DNA from: Ostrea edulis | Lineage: Eukaryota | Reading direction: 5' to 3' | Assembly (NCBI RefSeq): GCF_947568905.1 | Contig: NC_079172.1 | Span: forward strand, 40,486,001 to 40,550,000 | DNA: 64,000 nucleotides | In this document: one piece after another, positions 1-25,409 of the stretch | Position numbering within the stretch: position 1 is the stretch's first letter | Layout of the letters: the number at the start of each line of letters is the position of its first letter | Made by a program: the position numbers and the translations under genes | The notes under the pieces: model-generated | Seen by the model: only the letters and a program-made list of their open reading frames with translations | The model's database searches: none | What the model was told of the DNA's origin: nothing

Positions 1-625
1 ATAACCTCAGTTTCCTTTTGTAACTTGATGTGGTTTACTATATATAAAACGATACCTAGTTCATCATACTAACCGGTCCGCCTCTATTTATGACAACGCA
101 CCTTGAAACAAAACGTGACTTTATAAGTATGAAATTATCTTCGCATTTGACCAGTCTTTAAAAATTCCCGGAAATATTCATTCCTCTCCGTGTGGGTTCA
201 TTTGTTTATGTTTTCCGGATGTTTTGAGTCTTGACGTTCATCCATGATAAATGATTGAAATTGTTGAAAACAAGGCTTAGGTTTGTGAATTTGAACTAAA
301 ACCGATAGAAATGATATTATGACATAATGATTGCGCACTCGAAAAATTTTATTAGTCACAAAAGAATTTGCTACGGTGTTTTCCTACCCACCTCAGTACG
401 AATCCATAGGCTTGCTAAGTTGCTCCTGGCATATAGGCCTCAGAAGGAAAAATAAGTTTTGGGGGGAAAACAAACAATTTGTAGGCCTAGATATCGTTAG
501 GTATAGATTGAATGTTCATGATTATTTTATCAAACTCGATTTTAGAAGCTGGGAGTAAGCAGAGTATTGTGTCATTAACTGATCAGCTGATGAAGGAAAA
601 CATGAAAAATTATTTAACTTTTAAA

Positions 626-1084
626 CAGGTTGGGAACACTTCCCCTATAGCGAGATATTCTCGCTAAAACGCGATTATCCCTCACTAGCGAGAATAAATA
701 TATCCCGTACAACCGAGAAAAACACCCGCGGAATACATCTTTTCGTGATTCACGTGAAAAGAAGAAAAAGTGCTAAAATGTCCGATACTTCTGCAAATAT
801 ATGAATCAAAACAAAAACACTCACGATATGTATTGGATTTCAGACTGCTTCCCTCTTACGCAGCAACTTTGATATGCAATTTCATGACTATGTTGTCAAT
901 TTCATTGAAACAATTCGCATCATGTTGAGTGTGTGTCGCACTTATTCAGCGTTGCACGGGATTTGCCATTATTTTCAATAAAGACGCCCGAACACCTGTT
1001 TATGGTAATGTTTATTTCTCACTAAAGAGGGATAATCGCGCTTTAGCGAGAATATCTCGCTATAGGGGAAGTGTTCCCAACCTG
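626..1084 (+). mobile_element. MITE copy 1 (~460 bp) with ~58-bp TIRs
   Basis: Starts CAGGTTGGGAACACTTCCCCTATAGCGAGATATTCTCGCTAAAACGCGATTATCCCTC and ends with its reverse complement. Flanked by TTAAA at 621-625 and 1085-1089 (putative 5-bp TSD). No ORF. Confidence 0.85.
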
Positions 1085-1250
1085 TTAAAGTATTAGGCTA
1101 TTTAATGTTCTAACCACTGGGACGTGGGCATCATGTATACAGATATTATATAAACTGTAACATAACTCACCATGTCTAGATGGTTTTTACTTTTAGGTGC
1201 AGGTTTTATTTCTGCAAGTAATGAAGTTACTTTTTTCACCATCTTGTTAG

Positions 1251-2134
1251 TAGGTTGGGAACACTTCCCCTATAGCGAGATATTCTCGCTAAAACGCGAT
1301 TATCCCTCTTTAGCGAGAAATAAACATTACCATAAACAGATGTTTTGGCATCTTCAGTCTATGCGAATTTTTTTTGCACCACACAGGACATTCAGTCCTG
1401 TGTAATCAATGAACACACCAGACCGAACCAAATTTTGTCAGACCAAAAAACCTAATGTAAAAAAGTGAAACATGTGAAAATGCAAAACCAAGGGAATCTT
1501 ATTTATTATACTAGTAATACTATACCAGGGATCCCTCCCGTATAATACTTTAGACAGTCCATGCGGTTTTAATCACATTCATTTACGTATTTGGATTTTT
1601 GTGCTATTTTTTACTTATAACAAACATTTAGATGACTCCACATCAAAGTAGTAAAGCTCAAAACCGGACACTGAGACATCAAACATTCCGGTCCGGTGTA
1701 AAAAATGATGCATCGGACCTGAGGCACTACACATCGGTCAGGTCCGACAGTCCGATGTCTTTCACATAGACTGCATCTTTATTGATAATAATGGCAAATC
1801 CCGTGCAACGCTGAATAAGTGTGACACGCACTCAACATGATGCGAACTGTTTCTATAAAATTGACAACATAGTCATGAAATTGCATATCAAAGTTGCTGC
1901 GTAAGAGGGAAGCAGTCTGAAATCCAATACACATCGTGAGTGTTTTTGTTTTGATTAATATATTTGCAGAAGTATCGGACATTTTAGCACTTTTTCTTCT
2001 TTTCACGTGAATCACGAAGAGATGTACTCCACGGGTGTTTTTCTCGGTTGTACGGGATATATTTATTCTCGCTAGAGAGGGATAATCGCGTTTTAGCGAG
2101 AATATCTCGCTATAGGGGAAGTGTTACCAACCTG
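1251..2134 (-). mobile_element. MITE copy 2, same family as 626-1084, inverted, carrying a nested insertion
   Basis: Same TIRs; internal sequence is the reverse complement of copy 1 with scattered substitutions. Flanks are GTTAG/TTTAG (5 bp, 1 mismatch). Confidence 0.85.
1355..1773. mobile_element. Nested 419-bp MITE with 13-bp TIR and 6-bp TSD
   Basis: TIR CAGTCTATGCGAA ... TTCACATAGACTG. Direct repeat CATCTT at 1349-1354 and 1774-1779. The empty site is visible in copy 1 (reverse complement of CAATAAAGACGCCC, ~977-990). Confidence 0.8.
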
Positions 2135-2862
2135 TTTAGTACCTGTAAACTTTAGTGTGATAATGTACATTTTTATCTATCTGTCATGATTCTCAACATA
2201 TTCAAGAAACTTGTCTCATTTTGCCAACGTTTCATTGTAGGCTTGTAGCTACTGTTTTGTCCTAGTACCATTATACCATTATTTCTGTTTTACAACCTGT
2301 TCATATCTCAATCCAACTTGGGGCAAAACCACTTAGTGCAAGCAAATACAGTGCACACATGTACATGTGCAAGGAGATTGGGGCAAAACAACTCGAGCCG
2401 CAAACAACCTAGGAGTGATTCAAAAAGTCTTGAGTGACCCAAACACTTCCTTTAGTTTAAATTCAAACAGCAATGAAAGCGATTAAGAAAAAAAGAATGA
2501 GATTTGAATTTCACATAGTCATGCACGTTCATACTCTGCAAATATTTAATGATAAGTCCTCTTTTCTTGAATAGTTTCCTGTTTATTTATTCATGTCATT
2601 GTAAATGCTGTTTGGTTTCAAATTTATTCTCAATAATGTTAATTAATATTCATTACAGAGATGTACAGTAAAACAACGCTGATAATGAATTCATGACTTT
2701 TGTGAAGTGATATTTATTCCCCTATGAAAGGAAAATATAATGAAAATTTTATTGAAAATAATGAATTTTAGTTTTTCACAGTTGATCCCTTGAAATAAAT
2801 TGGTATCAACCTCAACGTCAGTTCAACTGCACAACACTGAAGCATTCTGGATTCCTTGTTAG

Positions 2863-15529
<12,667 letters not shown>

Positions 15530-15907
15530 GTCGTACTGTAATGAAAGTAATGGACTATACCATCGAACAATTCTTCACGAGGCATACTACAGTTATTAGA
15601 TAGATTAGAACAAATCAACAAAATTACTTGGATGGAACTAGGAACTAGAAGCTTTTAGATGGAACTACAAGTTTTTACATGAACTCTGACAATGCACATG
15701 TTTGTCTGCATATAGCGAGTGGGGACAGTCAGTGTGATAAAAATGACTAAAACTACAGAGATCTATCATGTGTAAACTGTCTTTTTTATATACAGAGTGA
15801 ACAAAATTTCATGGTTGGTTTCTATTCCAATATTCCTGATGCAGATTTTTTATAGATTTAAATGGAAAGTATCGGAAGGTAAAGTAAAAACTTTCAAATG
15901 TAGTTAA

Positions 15908-16050
15908 TTCTCAAGGTGGTGTGGCAAATGTAGGTGATTCTTGAGGTGCCGTGGCAAATGTAGGCGATTCTCAGTCGGTCGTGGCAAATGTAGGCGATTC
16001 TCGAGGGGCCGTGGCAAATGTAGGCGATTCTCAAGGTGCCTTGGCAAATG
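15908..16050. repeat. 30-bp minisatellite (~5 copies) downstream of the R3HCC1 stop
   Basis: Unit approximately GGCAAATGTAGGCGATTCTCAAGGTGCCGT. Confidence 0.85.
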
Positions 16051-18416
16051 AGGTTGTGAAAATAGTAGTGTGTTGAATATAGAGAAACAAGCTAATAGAA
16101 GCATAATAATACTGTTTATTGTAAATTTGCAGAAAGTGTTCAACATTCAGATTTACGTAGTGTTAATCTTGGGTTATATTTCACACTTAAGAATGCTGTA
16201 ACTGGTCTCTATTTTATCATTCATTTTTTCTTCTATTGTCACGCAGTCAAACTGCTTATGTTGTTTCATATACAACTGTCGGATGAATGTTATATATTTA
16301 TTTTATCTGATCGTTTTCAAACTGCATAAAATGTAACACCGATTAGCATTTACCATGATCTACGAATTGTTCGCGACAAAAACGACAAGCCTTTTAATAT
16401 CTACTGCATAATCATTGCATTCAATGGAATTTGTTGTTAAAATACACATATTTTATTTATCAGAAGAGGAGATGGAATCTGGTGATTTTAGAAATGAGTG
16501 ATTAACTGTACCGGTATGAGATCATCTATCACAAAATAAAAAATTTTGTAAAAAATGGATGCTATTCTGTTGTTATTAGATGAAATCAGCACCAAACAAG
16601 AGGCCCTCAGTGAAATAATGTTACAACTACATTGAACTGCATATAGTGTGGGTCCATTTTGGGGCCCAAAGCACTTGATGACACTGATTTGACATGTTGT
16701 TGAGAAGGAAATTTGTTTGAAAACTTTATAGTACCCCTTCCCTATACCTTAACAAACTTGAATTCACACAGCCAGTTCATAGTTTACCTGGAATTCATGG
16801 TAAATGATAGACATATCATTCGTTCCAGTCAGGATAGAAGTGGTGAAGAAATACTTCAGCTTTGAAAGTCACTCAATGTTGTGACATACATGTATAAGGG
16901 ACTGAAGAATACTGAGACCCAAGAATGAATTCTTGTGAGTGAGAGAGAGAAAACTGGTAAACCTTTTTTATTAATGAATCTGTTCTTTATTCAAGTTTTA
17001 AACTTTGGTATTCAAACCAACCAAATACATGTTGTCGTTTTTTATCCTATGTCGCCATTGACCCCTTATGATATCCTCTATGTCGACCCTGTCGCGTTAA
17101 TTGACATTTGACCTCCACAGCAAGTCCCGTTTAGATGTAGACTGTTACACCCCTATGTCATATGACCTACCAGTATGGTCTGTCTGACCTTGACCCATAA
17201 TGTTAGAAAGTGCAATAAGCATCTCGAAAAAAAGGAAGACTGGGGAGTTTTGACTAGGACACAGAGAATTTGATTATATTGGTACTGTTAACATTGGTCG
17301 CCATTCAGAACTCTGATCAATGCGTTTAAATCCCAGTTGTCTACTCGAGAAAATAAATGATAATTCAATGTTTACTTTATGTTAGGTCATGTAATTAATG
17401 TCTTTGGTAGGAGACTAGTTTAGCTGCCAAGCAGTTATATAAAAAAAATCGCAAGTTTTCTATACATTCCTATTCTTATAAGATTTGTACTTGTAGATTG
17501 TTGAATGCTTTCATGTTCGAAGTCGGACTAACCTAGATAACAAATCAAATGGCGTTGTTTATATTGTCCATTCAGCAATTACGAAATACTTAAAGCCTGC
17601 CACAGAAAAAAGCAAATCTAGGTTTTTGATCCGCCTCCGAACGGTATATCGCTACACAGAATAGTACCATGCACGTATTTAGGAGTGGATCCAACATGGT
17701 TTTTACTCGGATGATAGATTTTCTGGTGTTAATTACATGTACGATACAGTATTTTGTTCATGCTTATAGTTGTTTACTATGCTGTCGTTTGTAGAAAGTT
17801 GTCAGATTATTTTTCAAAATCATCTGTTGGGTTCCTTAGGTGTTCATGTAAAAAAATCAAGTTTCAACAATGTTTTTACAATATAATTGTAAGGTAATGA
17901 CTGTATTTCAAATTGAAATATATATATGTACATATATAATTATTCATTAAAAGTTCGGTAAAACTGCAATATACAACTGTAATAAATAGGGTATGTTTTC
18001 TACCTAAAATAAACACCCGATATGTACATGTAATCTATATCAGTCTATCAGAGATTCTGAATCCATCGTTAATTTTTTCCTTTTTTAATTGATATAAAGG
18101 TTTGTGTACATCACACTGAAAGACTATGGAATTTTTTATGGACTGTACGTACTATTTTCTATAGATTTTATTCAGTTCACGTATGATCATCTTTAAATGA
18201 AATTATTCTAATCACTTTAGAAGTCCTACAGGTGTAGAGCCACCCAGAGTAACTGAGATCGAATATGTTGAGACAGTGTCCATTCCTCTTTTATTGTAAG
18301 GTTTTTCCAAAGTTCCTCTTCCACTCAAGAAGACCCCAAAGGGTTCTAAAGATAAGTTCCGTAGTGGTTTGACTCCCAGGAATATTTACACGAAATACTG
18401 GATCCGCGCCGGTATT

Positions 18417-21400
18417 TTAGTACCGATGGGTGTAGGCGGAATATGTCCTATAACTGGGTCCATATATATGCTTGGCTTTGGTCCTCGTGTTGTCCATGGG
18501 TCTGAAGGCTCTGTCGTGTTTGTACTCCAACTCCTCCTCGTAACTGATGTCGTGTTCCTGTGACAGCGGCCGGAAGGTGTTGTACGGGGAGGCGGTGGCA
18601 GATGCTAGTTTGTTCCGGACTGCCGACAGGACTTCACTTGTCGTGTAGCCGGTACCAGCGTTCTGGTCCTTGGTTGGCAGTTCTAGTAACTCTGGAAAGA
18701 CAAAAGAATGATGACATTTAATTTTTTTTTTAATTGAAAGAAATATAATTTATTCTGAGTCATTTTTTTATCAGTTTGGTCGGTGTGGTATCCTTAGTAC
18801 CGGATTATTAGGATTAGATATGATTGATTCTCACACAAACAAGCATCAACATCGGTTGCATGCTACATATTTTAATCAAGGGCAATAATCCAAAATCACA
18901 AAGTTAACAGAATCTTTGCGACGATGTTACAGTCAGAACTTCTTTTTTTTTATTCATGAATAAGGTATTTGCTGGAGGGGGTATCTTTAAAAACAACCAC
19001 ATGTTTAATTTTGAATGTCACTTCCTTAAGAACGATATCGTGAACTTGAATAAGATTAAATCAATGTTGTTTTTAAATGACGAAAATGGATTTACATTTA
19101 TACATGGTAGCTTTTGAAAAGAAAAAAAAACCCAAACATGACATTATCTTTTGTGTGCGAATTAATCATGTATCTAGAGTGATTGACAAGCAAAACGAAC
19201 ATGTTGCTATTCCCTGGGATATGTTATAGGTCTTCGTGGGAACATGGGGAAGAATTGAATACATTTAGCAAAGTCACATAGACTCCAATAATTGGACTTA
19301 ATTCGCATACAATACGACTGTAATTGTTTAAGCTGTTAAAAGTCCCCTGATCAAATAGCTTAAAATTTGCTGATACATGAATTTCATATCTATGCATTAA
19401 GTAGTTTATATCTTAATACGTCTGCCAAGAAGTTAAGACAGGGTTTTCTCGTACCGTCCCACTGTATGTAACAGTTCATAAGTTCAGTGCAAGATAACCA
19501 ATTCATTTAGGACGTCTTGTTTTTAAAGCCACACGGCACTAACTATTGTGTATTCACAAACGGGTGATAAACACATTATATCCTAACCCTGACGATCATC
19601 CGCCGACCCTCTGATCAAGAGATGCGTGAAGTAAATTCTTCCTTTTCATAAGCCCAGGGCTGGGGCTTCTGCTACTAACTTTTTGAATGCAAAACACTAA
19701 TGCTTTCTTCACTACCCTCACAATAACTTGTGTCCTGAGACTCACCCAAATCGGAATCCCGAGCTCCGTTGACACTGCCGAAGGACGTATCTCGGAGACT
19801 GGATGTCGAGCTCGTCATGATGGGTGTCCCCAACGTCTTCCCGCGCTTCACGGCATTTTTCAGCCGTTTTATTTCATCATCTTGGCGCTGTAAGGTTGCC
19901 CGGGCTGTTTCTAGGTCCGTCCGGAGGCGCGTGCATAACGCAATGGCACCCTTGGCTACGCAGGTTGCGGGGACAATCGAGGCTGATAGCGCACCTTGCA
20001 GTGTCTCTTCGTTGAGGAGAGTGAAATTCACAGTTTCTATCAGCTCTTGTCGCTGTTCCGGGGTTAGGTTGTCCCGTTCTGAAATTTAGTTTTCATCTGG
20101 ATTTAAAAATAAATCGATGTTTGAGAAGGGGACTAAATGTTGTTCAATTACTAGTATATGATAGAAAGAATCTCCTTTAGGGACTGCCCAATCTGTCCTG
20201 TACAAAGTTAATCTTTTACGAGTTCATTATTTCAACATTTTCTTCGTATGTATATTCATTTTTGTCTGAGACGGAAATAGTTTCTATTAGAGCCATGTTA
20301 ACAATATATCGGGCAATTGTCATTCATTGTTAAAACTTTATCAGATGACAAGGTCAAAACACTGAGACTTTTTTCAATGAATCTTTCGCCTCGTAAACGT
20401 TTTGTCTTTAAAAAACATTGTACATCGCTGAAATTTGTTACCCCTTGAATTTTGTTTAAACCTTTTCTAATCAATGCAATCTTTCTACTAAGCACAAAGT
20501 GGGGTCACGTTTGTGTGAACAGAATCTACACATGGAATTTGTTTTATCTATAAGAGTAAATACTTCTTAAGGCAAACACTTCGAAACTTTCCTCGTATTG
20601 ATTAGCAACACCGTATCGATCTCATGAAGGCAGTGAAACTAGTAGTTACGGCCACTGGCAAGTATATCGCTTGGGTTCAAATTTACTATTAAAGAGTACT
20701 CTTTAAATTCGAACCCAAACGATATAATTATCTGTGGACATTCATTGACGCTGTATCTTATGTAACATGTAGAAGGGGTTGTTTATTTCCACGTAGTTTC
20801 CAAATGCTGATCTTTTATTTACGAGAATTTATGATACATTATTTTATTGCACGGCACTGTAAATGATTTCAATGCATATCAAAGTGTGAAGTATAAATTA
20901 ATCTAAATACGTTCACTTTGAGGTTTAACATATACCTGGTTTGGCAAGGAATCAATGAAAAAGATATACATGTACCACCAAAAGTTGTTGTATACCTGCT
21001 GATAAAACATACTCCAGTATGTTGTACATTTGATCGTGGTTGCTTCGCGCATCCTTTGGTACAACAGTTGCTAGCAATTTGAACGTTTCTGCTGTGAGAA
21101 CACCCTTTCGGACCATCTCGGACATGTACGTATCGACAATACGACAGGCCTTTTCCATTTGTCCGTTTTCTGAACTACACGATTCTTCCACTATGTCTCG
21201 TAATAGGGATGGAGAGATGATACAGAGGTCTTCTGCAGACAGTGTGCTCAGTAGTTCTCCAGCAGATTTGATTAGAAGTTTTCGACATTTGCAATTATGT
21301 GATGTTGCAACTCGGATCACCTTTGTCAACCAATCAATCGTAATTACGTCACTGTACAACGAATCTTCTGGCAAGACCGTGATGATACTGTCTAAAACTT

Positions 21401-22163
21401 TGGCAATATCGGTTTTCTTTGGCGATTTCGCACGAGGGGATTTGGCGTGACCGTCGCCCGATTCACCACTTTGGGCTGATTTTTCTTCGGATTCCTCGCG
21501 GTCGATCACGACTGCAATATATGACGTAGATAGTTCTGCAAGTAACGTCGACTGAACCCCTTGGTCACGTGCTGATAGGATAAGCTTCATATACCAGTCC
21601 AACGGAAGACTCAGCAATGCTAATATTGTCTTGTCTTCTCGTCGGTCAGGCATTTGCTTCAAGATATTCGTTGGCGAGCTAAATTTTGTTGGTGGTTTTA
21701 GCCAACAATCAATTAAAGCTTCGCAGCAAATGTCGACAATACCGGAAACGTTAGCCAATTCTCCGACTGCAGACGCATACAGAAGAAGTGACGCAATGCA
21801 TGACGTGGACCTACTCATTTTAGTTGACGTGATGGTGTCATTGAAGAACTTTCCTGCCATGTCAATCAAGTTGCCTTCACCTTTCATCTGAAGAAATTCT
21901 GAGGCGCACCGTACTTGCACAATATTGTTTTTGGATAGATCTATCTTCATATTATAGCAGAAATCGGCCACAATGCTGAATATTTCGGGTCCCCCGGGAA
22001 AGCCCATTAATTCCACCTTCTTCACGTCTGCACTATGTGCCAGTTTGCAGAAGTACTCGGATTTCGCGTACAGCGGAAATTTGTGGAGCTTAAAGACCTG
22101 CTCGTCCACGGTCACTGTCAGGTCAGACAGATCTCCACTTTCACGAAATTTTGAGAAATCCAT
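18417..22163 (-). CDS. BTB/POZ + NPH3-domain + coiled-coil protein (NPH3/RPT2-like, NRL family), 591 aa
   Basis: Exons 22163-20996 (1168 bp), 20078-19746 (333 bp) and 18691-18417 (275 bp, TAA); GT-AG, phase 1/1, total 1776 bp. An in-frame TAA lies two codons before the ATG. Motifs LHKFPL, FPGGPEIFSIVADFCY, RCASEFLQM..EGNL, RIVDTYMSEM and DARSNHDQMYNILEYVL recall the plant NRL consensus. Coiled-coil-like LRTDLETARATLQRQDDEIKRLKN in exon 2. Confidence 0.85.
20652..20737. mobile_element. Short palindromic element, same family as 61229-61320
   Basis: Arms CCACTGGCAAGTATATCGCTTGGGTTCAAATTTA / TAAATTCGAACCCAAACGATATAATTATCTGTGG around a central AAAGAGTACTCTTT. Confidence 0.7.
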
Positions 22164-23067
22164 AATTGGTTATTTTTCCTTGAATTTCGTGTCTTCTGTT
22201 GTTTCAACAAAATAACATGTGTCGAGCACACAGAAATTACATTGACATGCCAGTTTCGTATCAATATGCACAGATATACTTATACTTATTTAAAATAACA
22301 CACTTTGTATGTCGGCGAGAACTCGCGATCAATATGTGCTTTAATAATCCTTCTATTATTAATCCAATTTTAATCGTCTACAAGGGGAATTGCTATTCCA
22401 TAACAACAGTAAAACGCATGCACCACTCTACTGGTTTGTTAACTCCCAACTTATACAATCAGGGCATGTTGTATACCTGACAAAAGTTTTGTTTACATGA
22501 TACGGGTATTTACAAAGCTGACCCGCGACTGCAGGCTTTAACACGATCGAACATTTACTCGGGTTTATTTCATTGAACACTAAACTGTGTACTAAATAAC
22601 TGAATAATTCATCTTTTTATGTTTAAATTACTTTGTTGCTATAGAAGTGATGTGCATGTCAGATAGTTTCGGTCCACCTAGTTACCGATGAAATAAACAC
22701 AAGTACCCAGTGGAAATGCATGTTTCTAATTTTTGGATTTAAAACAAAATTGTAAGTCGGTAGAACGCTCGCTTCTTGTGTAGTTTTAAAGTCTTCGTTT
22801 CTGAGAGTCGTCGAGGTCGCCCGTCACTCAGACTGAGACGGTCTGAGCTCAGACCACCTGTTCGGTCGTCACTCAGATTGAGACGGTCTGAGCTCGGAGC
22901 AACAGTCCGGTTAGGTTTCGCGGTAAAGTCCTGTACTTCAACCAAAAGCTGGAAACAATCCATTCAGAAGCGGTGACTTAGAATATGTTCCTTTAATAAA
23001 TTATTTAATGAATTATTGAATTTGTAATGTGTTCCTTTAATAAATTATTAAATCTTTTCCTTTAATA

Positions 23068-24328
23068 CGAGGACTGTTCGATATGTAATGTGTATTGTAC
23101 CACAGCGCGATAACGCTTTGCACAATTTCGTGGATGATGATACTATGCAATACCTTTCCAACGGTATAAACACGAGCCTTCAGCTCCACATGGTTTTAAA
23201 CTTATAATCATTTCAATAGAGCCAGTTGTTGACCACTGTTGCAAAAATGGTTGGGAAACAGGTTGAGAATATTGAAGAAATTAGAGCTTATATAAAAGTT
23301 TGCACAAAACTCGGTCATTCGATAATGCAGATTTTTACTGAATTGGGGGAAGTTTATGGGTTTGATAAGGTATCTTATGAGACAGTTCGTAGGTGGAAAA
23401 AGAAATTTCTGACTGACACAGAGTCGTCAAAGATGCTGCAAAATCTGGCCGACCTTTGACTGTAACGGGCAAGGCAAATGTCTCAAAAGTCAGGGAAATA
23501 ATTGAAGGTGATGGCAGATACACGATTCGTAATATTGCCAAAGCTGTTGGCATATCGCTATCGCGGGTGCATTTCATTTTGAAAGTACGAAAGATTTCTG
23601 CCAGATGGATACCACATACATTGACAGATGACCAAAAACGGGTACGAGTACAAACCGTTAAGCAATTGCTCAAAATGTTTCCCAAATTCAATCAAAGACA
23701 ATTTGCAAACATTGTTACTGGTGACGAAACATGGCTTGACTATTTCGAACCAGTAAGAAAAATTGGAAACAAAATATGGCTCACTAAACACGGTAGAAGG
23801 CCTGTAGTTGCCAAAAAAAACCATAAGCACAAAGAAGGTTCTTTATTGAATATTCTTCTCATGTGATGGTATAGCCGTACAAATCCTGGTGCCGAAGGAC
23901 AAAAGTGTTACAGGTCGGTATTACCAAGATGTTATACTAAAAAATCTCCAGAAATATTATCATAAACGACGCCCTGTGTCAGGATTTAGGCATGTTCGTC
24001 TACTTCATGATAATGCTCCATCACATACATCTGAGCTTGTGAAGCAACTTTTGAAGTCGTCGAAGGTTACCGTCTTGCCAAACCCACCATACTCTCCAGA
24101 TATAGCCCCATGTGATTTTTTTCCTTGTTCCAAAATTTAAAAAGTTCTTATCTGGTCGTCGTTACAAGTACCATGACGCATTTCAGAAATGGATTCAGAG
24201 ATTAAAATTATGTACATATATTTCAAACCGCGGAGAATACTTTGAAGGAATGTAATGTTCATTTCACTATTTGAGTCGAATGCTTTTGAGGTATCGTACA
24301 ATACACATTACATATCGAACAGCCCTCG
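23068..24328 (+). mobile_element. Full-length mariner (DD34D) transposon, 1261 bp
   Basis: 33-bp TIR CGAGGACTGTTCGATATGTAATGTGTATTGTAC with 1 mismatch to the right end. TA TSD at 23066-23067 and 24329-24330. Confidence 0.92.
23247..24170 (+). pseudogene. Frameshifted mariner transposase
   Basis: Segments in three ORF-track entries: MVGKQVENIEEIRAYIK.., ARWIPHTLT, IVTGDETW, LLHDNAPSH and PPYSPDIAPCDF, with 34 residues between the second and third Asp. At least three frameshifts plus an internal stop. Confidence 0.9.
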
Positions 24329-25409
24329 TATATTATCAAATGAATATACTATTATTTTAGTAACTGCACGACACTTCGCTTGGTCGAGCGTGCAACGTTT
24401 GTGCGAAACTTCATATAGATTTCAATGGAACTTAACAGGTTTTAAAAGTAATGTAAGTCACCGAGTCTTAATGATTATTGAAATTGAAAAATACATGTTA
24501 CACTATCCACACTGTAGGGGGGTGGGGGGCGAAAATTCTCCGAATTATTCGCGGGAGTTATCACACAACAATACAGGAATAATCAAATGAAAATAAATGT
24601 CCACAAGTTTAATTTTGATTCACAAAATGTAATCGAGATTCTTCTTTTGTTCATATCATTTAGATTGGTGTTATATAGTGAGACTATCCCTGCCCCCGGA
24701 AGACTGGCTATTATAGTCAAATTTCCACCCAAGGGAAATCACGCTATATAGTAAGAAACACCCCACCCAAACTATCAATAGTGAGGCTTCCCCCCTACGT
24801 ACTTGGTCTGGATTTTATTTTCTAGATTTCCACCGAAAGTCTGGCTATGACATTTAGTGAGTCATGCTCTTTAGAGGGGTGGCTACATGGGTATATCCCC
24901 TCACCACTAGTAGTGAAACTCCCCCTACAATACACATACGACGTGGTTGGCTGTAATTTCATCAATATCTTTGATGTATTGATTGAACTGGTAGGTTCTT
25001 TTATCTGTCGTTCAACTACTGAATTGAATGAGCTTATCAAGGATACGTGTTTGAATGAGATGTATCTTCAAAGGAATTTAAACCGAATTGAATTATATTA
25101 TCTGATATTAAGAATAAAGATTATTCCATAACATTACTGAAATCATTACACCATACACTGAAGTGAAAATATCCGTAATCAGCGCGTGTCATATGTCATT
25201 ATCAATGTCATTATTAATTCAATTATTGCACACTATACATGTAATTGAATATATGATATATTTATATCCATGACTGATATCTTAATGTATCAAGTCAAAT
25301 AAACCAAATGATATTTTTATCTCAAGTTTTGTTTCTGCCTTTTCAAGTAATTATACGTGTATCTTCAAATTCTTATTATGAAATATACTCTGTTGTCTAG
25401 ATTTTCGGG

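Noticed and set aside
181-300. Candidate first coding exon of R3HCC1 (ATGATTGAAATTGTTGAAAACAAG...)
   Set aside because: In-frame TAG before the GT donor and wrong phase for the 2863 acceptor; the start exon is left unresolved.
19687-21891. Plus-strand ORFs 19769-20089, 21040-21450 and 21631-21891
   Set aside because: Antisense shadows of the BTB-NPH3 exons.
18417-22163. Plant or algal contaminant contig as the explanation for the NPH3-like gene
   Set aside because: Provisionally rejected: the gene has AT-rich introns, one holding a palindromic element also found at 61229, and is contiguous with animal genes. Read-level confirmation is still needed.
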